A stretch of DNA of 64,000 bases. Source: Candidatus Delongbacteria bacterium (lineage in GTDB: Bacteria > CAIWAD01). Position 1 is the stretch's first letter, and the number at the start of each line of letters is the position of its first letter. A program made the position numbers and the translations under genes. The notes under the pieces were generated by a model. It was not told the DNA's origin and searched no databases. It saw only the letters and a program-made list of their open reading frames with translations. The DNA lies in assembly GCA_963663545.1 (NCBI GenBank), contig OY760505.1, positions 1,536,001 through 1,600,000 of the forward strand, written 5' to 3'. Positions 19,260 through 29,974 of this stretch are shown here, piece after piece.

Positions 19260-20414
19260 TCATGAGGCGGTGGGCGCCTCTGGTTCAGGCAGAGGTTGAT
19301 CACGTAGGGTCACGGTGAAGGTGGAGCCCACATCGGGCTCGCTTTCCACGGTGACTTCGCCCTCATAGAGGGAGCTAAGTTTGCGCAGGATCGAGAGGCC
19401 CAGTCCGGAGCCCATCACCTTTGCGGTCTTGGAATTCTTGATGCGCACAAACTCACCAAAGAGCCTGGCCACATCTTCTTTGCTCATGCCAATGCCGGTA
19501 TCCTTGACCTCGATGCCGATCACATCCGCCTCGCGGCGAAGGCTCACATCCACCCGGCCATTCTCGCGGTTGTACTTGACCGCGTTGGAGATCATGTTGT
19601 TCAGAATGATCTCCAGCTCGCCGCCATCGGCCACCATGTTCAAGGACTCGGGCGCGTGCAGCTCGACACTGATGCCGTTCTCCTGCGCCATCGCCAGGGC
19701 CGCTTCAACACTATTGCGCGCGTGCGCAATGACATCCACCTGCTTCAGCTCGCGCACCTTCTGCCCCGACTCGATACGGGTCAGATCCAGCAGGTCCAGA
19801 ATCATTTTGCGCATGCCGCCAATGCGCGTCAGGCAGCGATCGACAAAGCCGTCGTACTTTACCAGCTCGTCGCCCAGCGTGTGAGCGTGCATGATGTTCA
19901 TGTAGTTCTCGAGCACGGCCAGCGGCGCCTTCAGCTCGTGAGCCAACACGGAAATAAACTGGAAGCGCACGCGGCGTTTTTCTTCAGCCAGCTTGCGCGC
20001 CTGCCGCGCCAGGAACACTTGATGCGCCGTCTTGCGAACGACGGTTTTCAGATCGTCCGGCGTAAAGGGCTTGGCCAGAAAATCAAAAGCACCATTCTTC
20101 GTGGTACTTACGGCCACATCCAGACTGGCGTAGGCGGTCACCATCACGGTCAGGCACTGTAGCTCCTGCTCGCGCATCCACTGCAGAATATCCAATCCCG
20201 TCATGTCGGGCAGTTTGTAGTCCAGCAGCACGATGTCATACTTGTTGGCCTGCAGCTGCGACAGCGTCTCGGCGCCATCCTCCGCAGTATCCACCTCGAA
20301 GCTGATCTCGTCGTCGTGCTCCGGCAGCGAGAAGCTGAAGCGTTTGAGTACGCGCGCGCTTCCCAGGCGCATGCCGGGTTCGTCGTCGACTACCAGAACA
20401 TTCAGGACTTCCAT
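19260..20414 (-). CDS. Cytoplasmic hybrid receiver-histidine kinase
   Basis: VLVVDDE, LLDYKLPD, KPF receiver; LAHELKAPL H-box, NAVKYN, DTGIG, GSGLGL; no TM. Confidence 0.9.
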   Translation of the reverse strand: MEVLNVLVVDDEPGMRLGSARVLKRFSFSLPEHDDEISFEVDTAEDGAETLSQLQANKYDIVLLDYKLPDMTGLDILQWMREQELQCLTVMVTAYASLDVAVSTTKNGAFDFLAKPFTPDDLKTVVRKTAHQVFLARQARKLAEEKRRVRFQFISVLAHELKAPLAVLENYMNIMHAHTLGDELVKYDGFVDRCLTRIGGMRKMILDLLDLTRIESGQKVRELKQVDVIAHARNSVEAALAMAQENGISVELHAPESLNMVADGGELEIILNNMISNAVKYNRENGRVDVSLRREADVIGIEVKDTGIGMSKEDVARLFGEFVRIKNSKTAKVMGSGLGLSILRKLSSLYEGEVTVESEPDVGSTFTVTLRDQPLPEPEAPTAS

Positions 20415-20450
20415 GCTACCTCCCGTCAAAGAACCGCCGCTCGCGCCGGA

Positions 20451-20849
20451 TTACATCAGGCGCTCGATCTCGCGCATGAGCTGTTCGTAGCGGATATCCT
20501 TGTCCAGCACAGCGTCGGCCTTGATCCAGGAGCGATCCTGGGTGGTCTCCGTGTGGAAGCTGATTCCGGTCTCGGCCGCAACCGCCGTTACCAGAATCAC
20601 GGGCGTATTGGGATAAAGCTTCTTGGTTTTGTAGGCCAGCACAAAGCCACTGTCCTGGTTCTCCATCATCAAGTCGAAGACCGCCAGATCCGGCGCTGTC
20701 TCCTGCAAAAGCTGCTCGGCCTGTGCCTGGCTGTCAGCCGCGATCACCGTGAAGCCTGCCGTCTCGAGGAAGAGCTTCAGCTGCTCCAGCAAATCGATGT
20801 CGTCGTCGGCCACCAGCACCCGCTTGCCGGTGTAGTTCTTCTCGGACAT
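20451..20849 (-). CDS. Stand-alone response regulator (receiver only)
   Basis: VLVADDD, PDLAVFDLMM, PVILVT. Confidence 0.88.
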   Translation of the reverse strand: MSEKNYTGKRVLVADDDIDLLEQLKLFLETAGFTVIAADSQAQAEQLLQETAPDLAVFDLMMENQDSGFVLAYKTKKLYPNTPVILVTAVAAETGISFHTETTQDRSWIKADAVLDKDIRYEQLMREIERLM

Positions 20850-20923
20850 ATCTGTAACCTCCGCAATACCAGATCAGGCCCCGGTCAGTCACCGACCGCT
20901 GGGGTTGCTGTCCTTACTGTCCA

Positions 20924-22966
20924 TCATGCTCCGGTCGGACGTCGGCCGATTGGGCTGCTGTCCGTGCCGCCCGGATTTCGCAGCGGCAATGTGATGATAA
21001 ACGTCGTTCCCGTGGCACCCTTGGCTGGATCCGCATTGGATTTGACCTCGATGTTGCCGCGGTGCATTTTCACAATTCCGTAGGTCACGGCCAGACCGAG
21101 GCCGGTACCCTCACCCAATTTTTTCGTCGTAAACAGGGGTTCGAAAATCTTCTGCAGGTGTTGCTGCTCGATTCCCGTTCCCGAATCGCTGACCTGAATG
21201 CGAACCATTCCCTCGGCATTATCGGTCAGCAGCTTCAAGTTGCCACCATCGGGCATGGCCTCAATGGCATTTCGCACCAGGTTTGTCAGCACCTGCACAA
21301 GCTGGTCCGCATCCACCGGCGCCACCGACTCGGTCATCTGGTGTTCCACCGCCAGGGTCACGCTAGCTGGCACCTGGATCGCTTTCAAACTATGGTCGAT
21401 GATTTCGCGAATGTCCGCTGGCGCCAGATTGACCTTGCTCTTGCGGGCAAAGTTGAGCAGACCCGAGACGATCTTCTTGCAGCGCTCGGCCTGCTCGACG
21501 ATCATGCACAGATCCTCAATCTTCTCCTGATCGTCGCCGGCTTCTTCCTGCATCATCTTGGCATACAACAGGATCACGCCCAGCGGGTTGTTGATCTCGT
21601 GGGCAATACCAGCGGAGAGCTGCCCCATTGAGGCGAGCTTCTCCGCATTGATCAACGCTTGTCTGGCAGAAGCGAGCTTGGCGTTGCTGTCATGCAGCTC
21701 CACCAGCGAGTGGTTCAGGCGGTCGATGGTCCATGGAAGGCACATCTCGCTCTCGGCCAGACCTTTGTGAATAGCGACGGCGTGTTCGCGGCAAGTAGCA
21801 TAGCCACAGGCGCCGCAATCCAGCTCGTCCTCGGGTTCTGTCTTTCCCATACGCGACAGGATCTCGCGCATTTCCTGCGGCGAAGGCATGCCCAGCCGCT
21901 GATCGTCAATGGTGTATTCCTGATGCAGATCCAGACCGGCAACATCTCCGACCCACTTCTGCCACTGGCCCGGCTCCTGCTCATGGATGCGCTCGCGCAC
22001 AAACTGGCTCACGGCGACCCGGCGTTTGAACTCCGGTGTTCGCGAGTCGATGCCCGAACCGTTGATGCATCCGTTGCAGCAAAGGGTCTCCAGTAGGCGC
22101 ACGTCCAGCGCGCCAGTGCCGAAAGCCTCGATGGCCTGGGTGAAATGGTTGGTGCCGTCGACGGCGACCACATCATTGGATAAAAGGTCCTCGCTGATTC
22201 CCGCGGCCTGCAACATGCCGTGGGAGATCGGAAAGAGAGCGCCGATGCCCGCGTGGGGAGGATCGAAATCCGTGGGCGCAACGCTCTCCGCCGTGATACC
22301 GTCCTCGGCAAACATCCGGTTGAGCTCGATGAAAGTCAGTACTCCATCCACTTCCGGATGCTCGGCATTCCAGCCAGCCTCAGACTTCTTCGCCAAACAG
22401 GGACCTATGAAGACAACGCGCAGATCACTACCTAAAAGTCGGCGTAATACACGCGCTTCGGCAATCATCGGTGATACAATGGGAGCAAGATTCGGCACCA
22501 GCTCGGGGTGATACTTCTCGACGTAGGTCACAACGGCCGGACAGGTCGTCGCAATGTGTCGCCGATCCGGATAGTTATCCAACAGCCGTCGGTAGGCGCG
22601 TGCTACAAGGTCTGCGCCAAAGGCTACTTCGTGCACACTGTGAAAGCCCAGCTTGCGCACCATGCCCACGACCTGATGCCAATCGGTGTCGTGATACTCC
22701 GCAGGAAAGGAAGGCGCCAGAATCGCAGCCACCTTGGCCTTGCCCGCCAGCAGTTCGCGTACATGGACGATTCCGTCCAGCACACTCTTGGCTTGCTGAC
22801 GACAAACCCGGACACAGTTGCCACAACCGATACAGCGCTCGCCAATGACTTCGGCCTGTCCCCGCACGATGCGAATGGCCTTGGCCGGACAGTCACGGAC
22901 GCAAGTGTAACACGTGCGACACCGCTCCTTGATGGTTGTGATCAACTGGGCTCCCGAGCGCAGCAT
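20924..22966 (-). CDS. Sensory [FeFe]-hydrogenase-like domain fused to histidine kinase (group C, HK-linked)
   Basis: 2x CxxCxxCxxxC ferredoxin; H-cluster-like motifs [27 protein letters not shown]; FeS domain [10 protein letters not shown]...[11 protein letters not shown]-box; GTGLGL. Confidence 0.88.
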   Translation of the reverse strand: MLRSGAQLITTIKERCRTCYTCVRDCPAKAIRIVRGQAEVIGERCIGCGNCVRVCRQQAKSVLDGIVHVRELLAGKAKVAAILAPSFPAEYHDTDWHQVVGMVRKLGFHSVHEVAFGADLVARAYRRLLDNYPDRRHIATTCPAVVTYVEKYHPELVPNLAPIVSPMIAEARVLRRLLGSDLRVVFIGPCLAKKSEAGWNAEHPEVDGVLTFIELNRMFAEDGITAESVAPTDFDPPHAGIGALFPISHGMLQAAGISEDLLSNDVVAVDGTNHFTQAIEAFGTGALDVRLLETLCCNGCINGSGIDSRTPEFKRRVAVSQFVRERIHEQEPGQWQKWVGDVAGLDLHQEYTIDDQRLGMPSPQEMREILSRMGKTEPEDELDCGACGYATCREHAVAIHKGLAESEMCLPWTIDRLNHSLVELHDSNAKLASARQALINAEKLASMGQLSAGIAHEINNPLGVILLYAKMMQEEAGDDQEKIEDLCMIVEQAERCKKIVSGLLNFARKSKVNLAPADIREIIDHSLKAIQVPASVTLAVEHQMTESVAPVDADQLVQVLTNLVRNAIEAMPDGGNLKLLTDNAEGMVRIQVSDSGTGIEQQHLQKIFEPLFTTKKLGEGTGLGLAVTYGIVKMHRGNIEVKSNADPAKGATGTTFIITLPLRNPGGTDSSPIGRRPTGA

Positions 22967-24684
22967 TAGTGTATCACATCCCTTTTGGTGTAATGGGTGT
23001 GCAAGAGTTCGTGGCTCTTGTGCCCAAGCGGCTCACCCAGCCATTTCTCGTAGAGTTCGCGAATGGCCCAGTTGCGATGGGAAGCGCGCATGGGCTCCTG
23101 CTGATCAATGTTGTACAAGGCCTGCATTCGCGCACGAATATCGTCGACATCGGTTGCCTGCGGCTGTCCACCGCCTGCGATGCAACCGCCGGGGCAGGTC
23201 ATCACTTCGATGAACTGCAGATCCGTCCGACCTTCCTTGCGAATCTGATGCAGCAGCTTCTGCGCATTGATCAAGCCATTGGCAACGGCCACACCAAGAT
23301 CGAGCTCGCCCACCTTGACGTGCAGCTCCTTGATGCCCTCAAGTCCGCGTACTTCGCGTATCACGTAGTTTGGCAGTTCCTCGCCGGTAAGCATGTAATA
23401 CGCCGTGCGCAGCGCGGCCTCCATTACACCACCTGAGCTTCCGAAGAGCTTGCCCGCCGTGGAGCGCACACCCAGAGGCAGATCGGCATTCTCCGGCTCC
23501 AGCTTGTCGAACTCGATGCCGTACATCTTGATGATGCGCGCCAGCTCACGTGTTGTCAGCACCGCATCGATGTCGGCTACGCCCTCACGGCCCATTTCCT
23601 TGCGGTTGGCCTCGAACTTCTTCGCAGTACAGGGCATGATGGCCACGCTGAAGATTTTCTTGGGGTCCAGCTCGTTCTTCTCGGCGTAATACGTTTTGAT
23701 GAGCGCGCCCATCATCTGCTGCGGGCTCTTGCAGGTGGACACGTGATCCAAATAGTCCGGATGCGCCTGCTCGATGTATTTCACCCAACCGGGAGAACAG
23801 GAAGTGAACATGGGCAGCGGGCCCTTGTTCTTGATGCGGTCCACCAGCTCACTGGCCTCTTCCATAATGGTGAGATCGGCAGTGAAGCCGGTGTCAAAGA
23901 CCTGCTCAAAACCGAGCTGACGCAGCGCGGCAACCATCAGGCCATTCACGTCGCGACCGGCGGGAAAACCGAATTCCTCAGCGACAGTAACGGAAACCGA
24001 GGGCGCGTGCTGCACGACGACGTGCAGATTCGGATTGTTCAGCGCCTCGAGCACCGTGCGAATATCGCTGTGCTCCCGCAGTGCGCCGGTGGGACACACC
24101 ATGACACACTGGCCACAGGCAATGCAGGAGGAAACGTTGAGTCCCTGCACAAAGGCGGGCGCAATGATGGAATTGGAACCGCGTCCGACGAAGTCGATGG
24201 CACTGACGCCCATGATCTCTTCACAGACACGCACACACTTGCCGCACAGGATGCACTTGTCCTGGTCACGGTGAATGGCCGGGCTGGAAACATCCACGGG
24301 ATGTGTCACGCGGCTACCGGTGTAGCGCCGCTCGCGAACGCCGTAGAGCTCAGACAGATCCTGCAGATGGCAGTCGCCATTGCGCACACAGTACAAGCAG
24401 TCATCGGGATGATTCGCCTGTAGCAACTCGATAATCGTCTTGCGCGCGGTAACGGCACGCTGACTATTGGTATGTATCACCATGCCGTTCTCGACAGGGT
24501 GAGAACAGCTAGGAATTAGGCCGCGGCCTTCGACATCGACAACGCAAATGCGGCAAGCGCCACTGGGCAAAAGGCCTTTCATGTGACACAGGGTCGGGAT
24601 CTTGATCCCCGCACGGGTGCAGGCGTCAAGAATGGTCTCGCCGGCATTGGCCTCGATGGTTCGGTTATTGACAGTGATCTGCAT
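22966..24684 (-). CDS. hydA: [FeFe]-hydrogenase group A catalytic subunit (copy 1)
   Basis: NuoG-like Fe-S domains; FTSCSPGW, MPCTAKKFE, EVMTCPGGCIAGGGQP, LLHTHY. Confidence 0.93.
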   Translation of the reverse strand: MQITVNNRTIEANAGETILDACTRAGIKIPTLCHMKGLLPSGACRICVVDVEGRGLIPSCSHPVENGMVIHTNSQRAVTARKTIIELLQANHPDDCLYCVRNGDCHLQDLSELYGVRERRYTGSRVTHPVDVSSPAIHRDQDKCILCGKCVRVCEEIMGVSAIDFVGRGSNSIIAPAFVQGLNVSSCIACGQCVMVCPTGALREHSDIRTVLEALNNPNLHVVVQHAPSVSVTVAEEFGFPAGRDVNGLMVAALRQLGFEQVFDTGFTADLTIMEEASELVDRIKNKGPLPMFTSCSPGWVKYIEQAHPDYLDHVSTCKSPQQMMGALIKTYYAEKNELDPKKIFSVAIMPCTAKKFEANRKEMGREGVADIDAVLTTRELARIIKMYGIEFDKLEPENADLPLGVRSTAGKLFGSSGGVMEAALRTAYYMLTGEELPNYVIREVRGLEGIKELHVKVGELDLGVAVANGLINAQKLLHQIRKEGRTDLQFIEVMTCPGGCIAGGGQPQATDVDDIRARMQALYNIDQQEPMRASHRNWAIRELYEKWLGEPLGHKSHELLHTHYTKRDVIH

Positions 24685-24701
24685 GGGGACGACTCCTATT
24701 G

Positions 24702-26648
24702 TCACTTGATCAGGACTGCATCAAAGCGGCAGACATCCTTGCAGGTGCCACAGCCGATGCACTTCTCGGTGACGATGTGATGCGGATTCTTGCGCGTGCC
24801 GAGAATCGCGTCCGTTGGACACTTGCGTGCGCAGACGGTACAGCCCGTGCACTTCTCGGTGTCGATCTCGAAGACCAGCAGATCCTGACAGGTGTGTGCC
24901 GGACAGCGGCGCTCGTAGATGTGCGCTTCGTATTCGTCGCGGAACCAGCGCAAAGTGCTCAGAATCGGGTTGGGCGCACTCTGACCAAGTCCGCAAAGGC
25001 TTGTATCACGAATCACATTTGCCAGACGCTCGATGTACATCACGCCCTTGAAGCGCTCGAGGGTCTGGAAATCGGTTTCCTTGTTGCGTCCGCGGGTAAT
25101 GGCCTGTAGCATTTCGAGCATCTGGCGAGTTCCCTCGCGGCAGGGAATGCACTTGCCGCAGCTCTCGCGCTGGATGAACTCCATGAAGAACTTTGCCACA
25201 TCCACCATGCAAGTATTCTCGTCCATCACGACCATACCGCCAGAACCCATCATGGCGCCCACGGTCTTGAGGCTTTCGTAATCGATGGCGATGTCCAGGT
25301 GTGACTCGGGGATGCAGCCGCCGGAAGGACCGCCCATTTGCACGGCTTTGAACTTGCGACCGAATTCTACACCGCCGCCAATGTCGAAGATGATGCTGCG
25401 AATGGTGCAGCCCATCTCCACTTCCACTAGACCGGTCAGTGTGATCTTGCCGGAAAGCGCGAAGACCTTGGTTCCCTTGGAGCCTTCGGTTCCCAGTGCC
25501 GCATAGGACTCTGCACCTTCGGCGATGATGATCGGCACGTTGGCGAGCGTTTCCACATTGTTGATCACCGTGGGCTTGCCAAACAATCCGCTTGTAGTCG
25601 GGAAAGGCGGACGGGGACGCGGCATGCCGCGCTTGCCCTCGATGCTGTGAATCAGCGCTGTTTCTTCGCCGCAGACAAATGCCCCGGCACCCATCTTGAT
25701 GATGATCTTGAAGCTGAAACCGGTGCCGAGGATGTTTTTACCCAGCAGGCCAACTTCTTCAAGCTTGGCAATGGCGATTTTCAGGCGCTGAATGGCCAAG
25801 GGATACTCGGCACGAATGTAGATGTAGCCGGTATTAGCGCCGATGGCGTAGGCGGCAATCGCCAGGCCCTCGAGCATGGCATATGTATCACCTTCAATGA
25901 CGGCGCGGTCCATGAAGGCACCAGGGTCGCCCTCGTCGGCGTTGCAGATCATGTACTTCTGCTCGCTCTCCTCGGCCATGGCAAAGGACCACTTGCGACC
26001 GGTGGGAAAGCCACCGCCGCCGCGTCCACGCAGACCGCTGGCAAGCACTGTATCACATACCTGACGCTGAGTCATGGTTTGAATGGCCTTGGCGAATGCG
26101 CGATAGCCACCCTGTGCTACATATTCTTCCAGATTGACGGGATTGATCTTGCCGCAGTTGCGCAAAACAAGTCGCTTCTGCGGTTTGAAGAACGGATGCT
26201 CGTCGATGTGTATCACACCGTCCCAGTCTTTGTGATCCTCGTGGCGGAACTGGCCCAGAATCTCGACACCCTCTGGCAGACGCTCTTCCAGAATGGCGTC
26301 CAGCAGCGGCTCGACTTTGTCCTGTGTCACATGACTGAAGCTGATGCGACTGCGACCAGGAAGCTGCACATCCAGCAGCGGCTCTGCGGCACACAGGCCG
26401 ATGCAGCCCACTTCAACGATCTCTGCATCAACACCGCGCGCGGCCAAACCAGCTCGCAAAACGGCTAGAGATTTGTCAGCACCAGCACTGAGTCCACAAG
26501 TGCCTGCGCCGATGAAAAAGACAGGTCGATCGATGACATCGCGGCGGACCTGGCGCACGTGGTCGCTCAGCTGAATCTCGCTGCTGTCCTTCCGGACGCT
26601 GATTTGCTCTTCAATCAGCATGGAGGCTAGGTTTTTATTCATGCTCAT
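24702..26648 (-). CDS. hydB: NADH-binding diaphorase subunit, full-length (NuoF/HydB, bifurcating type)
   Basis: N-terminal Trx-like [2Fe-2S], GRGGGGFPTG, NADEGDPGAFMDR, GGPSGG, ESCGKCIPCREG, C-terminal 2[4Fe-4S]. Confidence 0.92.
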   Translation of the reverse strand: MSMNKNLASMLIEEQISVRKDSSEIQLSDHVRQVRRDVIDRPVFFIGAGTCGLSAGADKSLAVLRAGLAARGVDAEIVEVGCIGLCAAEPLLDVQLPGRSRISFSHVTQDKVEPLLDAILEERLPEGVEILGQFRHEDHKDWDGVIHIDEHPFFKPQKRLVLRNCGKINPVNLEEYVAQGGYRAFAKAIQTMTQRQVCDTVLASGLRGRGGGGFPTGRKWSFAMAEESEQKYMICNADEGDPGAFMDRAVIEGDTYAMLEGLAIAAYAIGANTGYIYIRAEYPLAIQRLKIAIAKLEEVGLLGKNILGTGFSFKIIIKMGAGAFVCGEETALIHSIEGKRGMPRPRPPFPTTSGLFGKPTVINNVETLANVPIIIAEGAESYAALGTEGSKGTKVFALSGKITLTGLVEVEMGCTIRSIIFDIGGGVEFGRKFKAVQMGGPSGGCIPESHLDIAIDYESLKTVGAMMGSGGMVVMDENTCMVDVAKFFMEFIQRESCGKCIPCREGTRQMLEMLQAITRGRNKETDFQTLERFKGVMYIERLANVIRDTSLCGLGQSAPNPILSTLRWFRDEYEAHIYERRCPAHTCQDLLVFEIDTEKCTGCTVCARKCPTDAILGTRKNPHHIVTEKCIGCGTCKDVCRFDAVLIK

Positions 26649-26658
26649 CCTCGGCGTG

Positions 26659-27144
26659 TTAGGCTTCCAGGGCGTTCTTGGTCGCCGCTTCCTTCTCGCG
26701 ATACTGCTTCAGAATCGCAGCGACCTGACCGGGCTCGACCTTGGCGTGATACTCGTCGCCAATGGCAATCACAGGAGCCAAACCACAGGCGCCAATACAG
26801 GCCACCACTTCCAGACTGAAAAGGCCATCGCGAGTCGTTTCACCTGGTGCGATTTTCAATTCCTGCTCCAGAGCCTGTAACACATTGGCGCTGCCCTTCA
26901 CGTGACACGCGGTTCCGCGGCACACCTGGATGTGATACTTGCCGATGGCAGAAAAGCGGAACTGATTATAGAAGGTGGCCACGCCATAAATCTTGCTCGC
27001 CGGCAGGTCCAGATGGGCGCCGATTCGTGTCACAGCCTCGCGGGAAAGGAATCCCAGCTCGCCCTGGACCTCCTGCAGGATGGGGATCAGCTTGTCCCGA
27101 CCAGCGTCAGGGTGTCCCTGCAGAATTTCGTCGATCGTCTTCAT
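26659..27144 (-). CDS. hydC: [2Fe-2S] NuoE/HydC subunit (copy 1)
   Basis: GVATFYNQF, CRGTAC, CIGAC; RBS CAGGAG before ATG 27144. Confidence 0.9.
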   Translation of the reverse strand: MKTIDEILQGHPDAGRDKLIPILQEVQGELGFLSREAVTRIGAHLDLPASKIYGVATFYNQFRFSAIGKYHIQVCRGTACHVKGSANVLQALEQELKIAPGETTRDGLFSLEVVACIGACGLAPVIAIGDEYHAKVEPGQVAAILKQYREKEAATKNALEA

Positions 27145-27224
27145 GTATTGCTCCTGTAGCATCAGGTCGCCCGATTCGAGTTCCGGTCCACCCATGTCAG
27201 GCCGTGGCCCGGTTATCCGGTGGT

Positions 27225-27242
27225 ATGTTAAACCCTTGACAG
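27225..27242. promoter_or_regulatory. Rex-like operator upstream of hydC1
   Basis: ATGTTAA-ACCC-TTGACAG versus Rex consensus TTGTGAA-N4-TTCACAA. Confidence 0.5.
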
Positions 27243-27409
27243 TTTAGAGTCAAGTCCTTAAGCAAGAAAAGCTCTCAATTCTCAGCTCTTTATCCCGAAT
27301 TCTGGCCAGGTAAAAAGCTGCTCTGTTACACATCTCAGCTTCATCCTTGTTAATTCATGATATAGCCATGCACTTGGAAGCTTGTACTGAAGAATAGAGA
27401 TTCTTTTGC

Positions 27410-27427
27410 ATGTTAAATTTTTGACTA
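27410..27427. promoter_or_regulatory. Second Rex-like operator upstream of hydC1
   Basis: ATGTTAA-ATTT-TTGACTA. Confidence 0.4.
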
Positions 27428-27595
27428 TTTTGGTTTCGAAACATGGTATTGTTTCGCTTCCAATAATTCATACATGCATCTATGATCGGCACATAGCGTC
27501 GTTATCGGTTATAGACACCGCCAAGTAGAGCAAAAAGCGCTTTGGATCTGGAAAACTCACCTGAAGGAGAATCAGGGTCTTGCTATTGGATTGTC

Positions 27596-28705
27596 TCAAA
27601 CACGGCGACCTGAGCCGGTTCGAAAACCTGGCCCCCTTCCCGGGCAGCGTCCCAGGGTCGCCAGCATCCGCAGAATGCCTTCGTGTGTCTCACGCTCCGG
27701 CGCGCTGACACAGGCTTTGGCCGGATAGATTTCGTAAAGCGTGCGGTACTTCATCGGCGTTAGGTTAGGCATAATCACGTTTGCACCGCGTCTTAGGCCC
27801 AGTTCTTTTCCGCCTTGAAGATTCAGAGTTGCCAGAGCCGTGGTCGATGGGATGTTAGCATCCGGACGGAGCAAGCGCGTCAGGGCTAATACTTTGAGTG
27901 CAGTCAACTCATTGGCCGGGACCTGCTCGTCTGGTGCAGCGAAGGGGAACTGTTGGCGGGCAGCCTCAGCTGCTTCTCCCGTAAGTTCGCCACGTGCCGC
28001 CAGGACTGCCCTCCCCAGGGGTGTATCGGGATGCGGAATAAAGGGGCCGGTGCCCAGCATGTCCATATCCACATCGCGAAACAGCAACAGGTCGTCTGTA
28101 AGGCTTTCCCAGGTTTGCCCGGGAAGGCCGATCATCACGCCACTGCCGATCTCGAAACCGATCTCACGCAGCTTCTGCAGACGCTCCATACGGCTGACCG
28201 CTGTATCACCAAGATGCGGGTGAATGCGCGTGAACAACTCCGGATTGGAGGTTTCGATACGTAAGAGATATCGGTGACCGCCAGCCTCGTGCCACATCCG
28301 ATAGGTCTCGTCATCCCGCTCACCAAGACTTAGCGTTATAGCCCGACCTGTTTCCTTTTTTATACGACGAAGTACTCGTGCTACATCCTCTGCAGGCACT
28401 GCGTAATCCTCGCCCGCTTGCAGCACAACTGTTCCGTAACCGAAATCCGCGGCCAATGAAGCACATGCGAGAATTTCTTCTTCGCTCATGCGATATCGTG
28501 TCACAGCGTGATTAGGCTGCCGAATGCCGCAATAGGCGCAGCGGCGAGCGCAATAGTTGGAGATTTCAATCAGTCCGCGTAGATGAACGTCATCGCCTAC
28601 GTAACGCCTTCGTGTTTCGTCCGCCAACTGCCAGAGCTTCTCCAGTCGCTGCGCATCCGTCTCCCGCAACCAACTCTGAACTTCGTCGCGACCAAGATCA
28701 CTCAC
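27596..28705 (-). CDS. hydE: [FeFe]-hydrogenase maturase radical SAM HydE
   Basis: RGLIEISNYCARRCAYC, LQAGED, RYLLRIET, GPFIPH, GANVIMPN..Y.IYP.K. Confidence 0.93.
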   Translation of the reverse strand: MSDLGRDEVQSWLRETDAQRLEKLWQLADETRRRYVGDDVHLRGLIEISNYCARRCAYCGIRQPNHAVTRYRMSEEEILACASLAADFGYGTVVLQAGEDYAVPAEDVARVLRRIKKETGRAITLSLGERDDETYRMWHEAGGHRYLLRIETSNPELFTRIHPHLGDTAVSRMERLQKLREIGFEIGSGVMIGLPGQTWESLTDDLLLFRDVDMDMLGTGPFIPHPDTPLGRAVLAARGELTGEAAEAARQQFPFAAPDEQVPANELTALKVLALTRLLRPDANIPSTTALATLNLQGGKELGLRRGANVIMPNLTPMKYRTLYEIYPAKACVSAPERETHEGILRMLATLGRCPGRGPGFRTGSGRRV

Positions 28706-29945
28706 CCTGTGCCTCGCGTACTACTTCGTGATACACATCCAATGCGGCCGGGAAGGGGGCTAAGGCGCGCTCAAAGATGCCCAGTGTAAATGCTATTGCC
28801 AGACCATAGTTCGTCATGGGAACACCAGCACGACGGCACTGTAGCAGTCGATTGAGCACTTCGCGGCGATTCCACATGCATGCGCCGCAGTGTATCACGA
28901 GTTTCCATGGCGCCAGGTCCTCGGGAAAGTCATGACCCTGCTTGTGATCAAACTCGATGCGCGCACCCGTGTACTGGCGAATCCAGCGCGGGATTTTAAC
29001 GCGACCAATATCGTCGGTTAGTGGATGATGGCTGCAGGCTTCTGCGATCAAAACACGATCGCCGCTGCGCAGGTTATCAATAGTAGCAGCACCGCGAACA
29101 AACTCCGGCAGATCTCCCTGACGACGGGCAAAGAGGATCGAGAAGCTGGTCATCGGCACCGTGGGCGGAGTATCAGCGGCTACTTTCAGAAAGGCCTGGG
29201 AGTCAGTAACCACCAACGCAGGCGGCACGGTAACACGCTCGATGGCACCCGCAAGCTCGCGTTCCTTCACCACCAGGCACCACGAGTCATTGTCCAACAG
29301 TTCGCGAATGGCCTGGACCTGTGGTTGAATCAAGCGCCCCTTTGGTGCTTCCTTGTCGATGGGGACGACCAGGATTGCCAGCTCACCGGGCGGCACTAGA
29401 TCCGAAAGGATGCCCGTGCTCTGCAGCCAGTCATCGGGCGCAGCCTGAAGAAGCGCTTGACGCAGTTCAGGAAGGCCTTCACTGGTTGTTGCAGCCGTAT
29501 GTACAGCTTGAATCTTCTTTGCTGCTAACTCAGCCAATGTCAATGGACCTGCAGGCTTTGTATCACGCTTGTTGAAAACCGCAATGACAGGCACTTCACG
29601 ATCACGAAACTCGTCCAGCAGTCCTTTTTCGAAATCGCCCCACTCACCTCCGTCACAAACTACGATGCCAAGATCCACGCGATCCAAGGCCTTGCGTGTT
29701 CGTGATACACGCATCTCACCAAGAGCGCCTTCATCGTCTATTCCGGCGGTGTCGATAAACAACACAGGGCCCAGCGGAAGCAGCTCCATTGGCTTCTCCA
29801 CAGGGTCCGTAGTCGTTCCGGCGAATTCAGAAACGATGCTGACATGCTGACGGGTCAACGCGTTTAGCAGACTGGACTTGCCCACATTACGACGGCCAAA
29901 CAAGCCGATATGCAGACGAAAGCGCTTGATGGCTTTGTGAGCCAT
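28698..29945 (-). CDS. hydF: [FeFe]-hydrogenase maturase GTPase HydF
   Basis: GRRNVGKS, GTTTDPV, DTAG, NKRD, EACSHH, HCGAC. Confidence 0.94.
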   Translation of the reverse strand: MAHKAIKRFRLHIGLFGRRNVGKSSLLNALTRQHVSIVSEFAGTTTDPVEKPMELLPLGPVLFIDTAGIDDEGALGEMRVSRTRKALDRVDLGIVVCDGGEWGDFEKGLLDEFRDREVPVIAVFNKRDTKPAGPLTLAELAAKKIQAVHTAATTSEGLPELRQALLQAAPDDWLQSTGILSDLVPPGELAILVVPIDKEAPKGRLIQPQVQAIRELLDNDSWCLVVKERELAGAIERVTVPPALVVTDSQAFLKVAADTPPTVPMTSFSILFARRQGDLPEFVRGAATIDNLRSGDRVLIAEACSHHPLTDDIGRVKIPRWIRQYTGARIEFDHKQGHDFPEDLAPWKLVIHCGACMWNRREVLNRLLQCRRAGVPMTNYGLAIAFTLGIFERALAPFPAALDVYHEVVREAQGE

Positions 29946-29974
29946 GCAGCCTCCGTGATTTTTGTCACACTACA

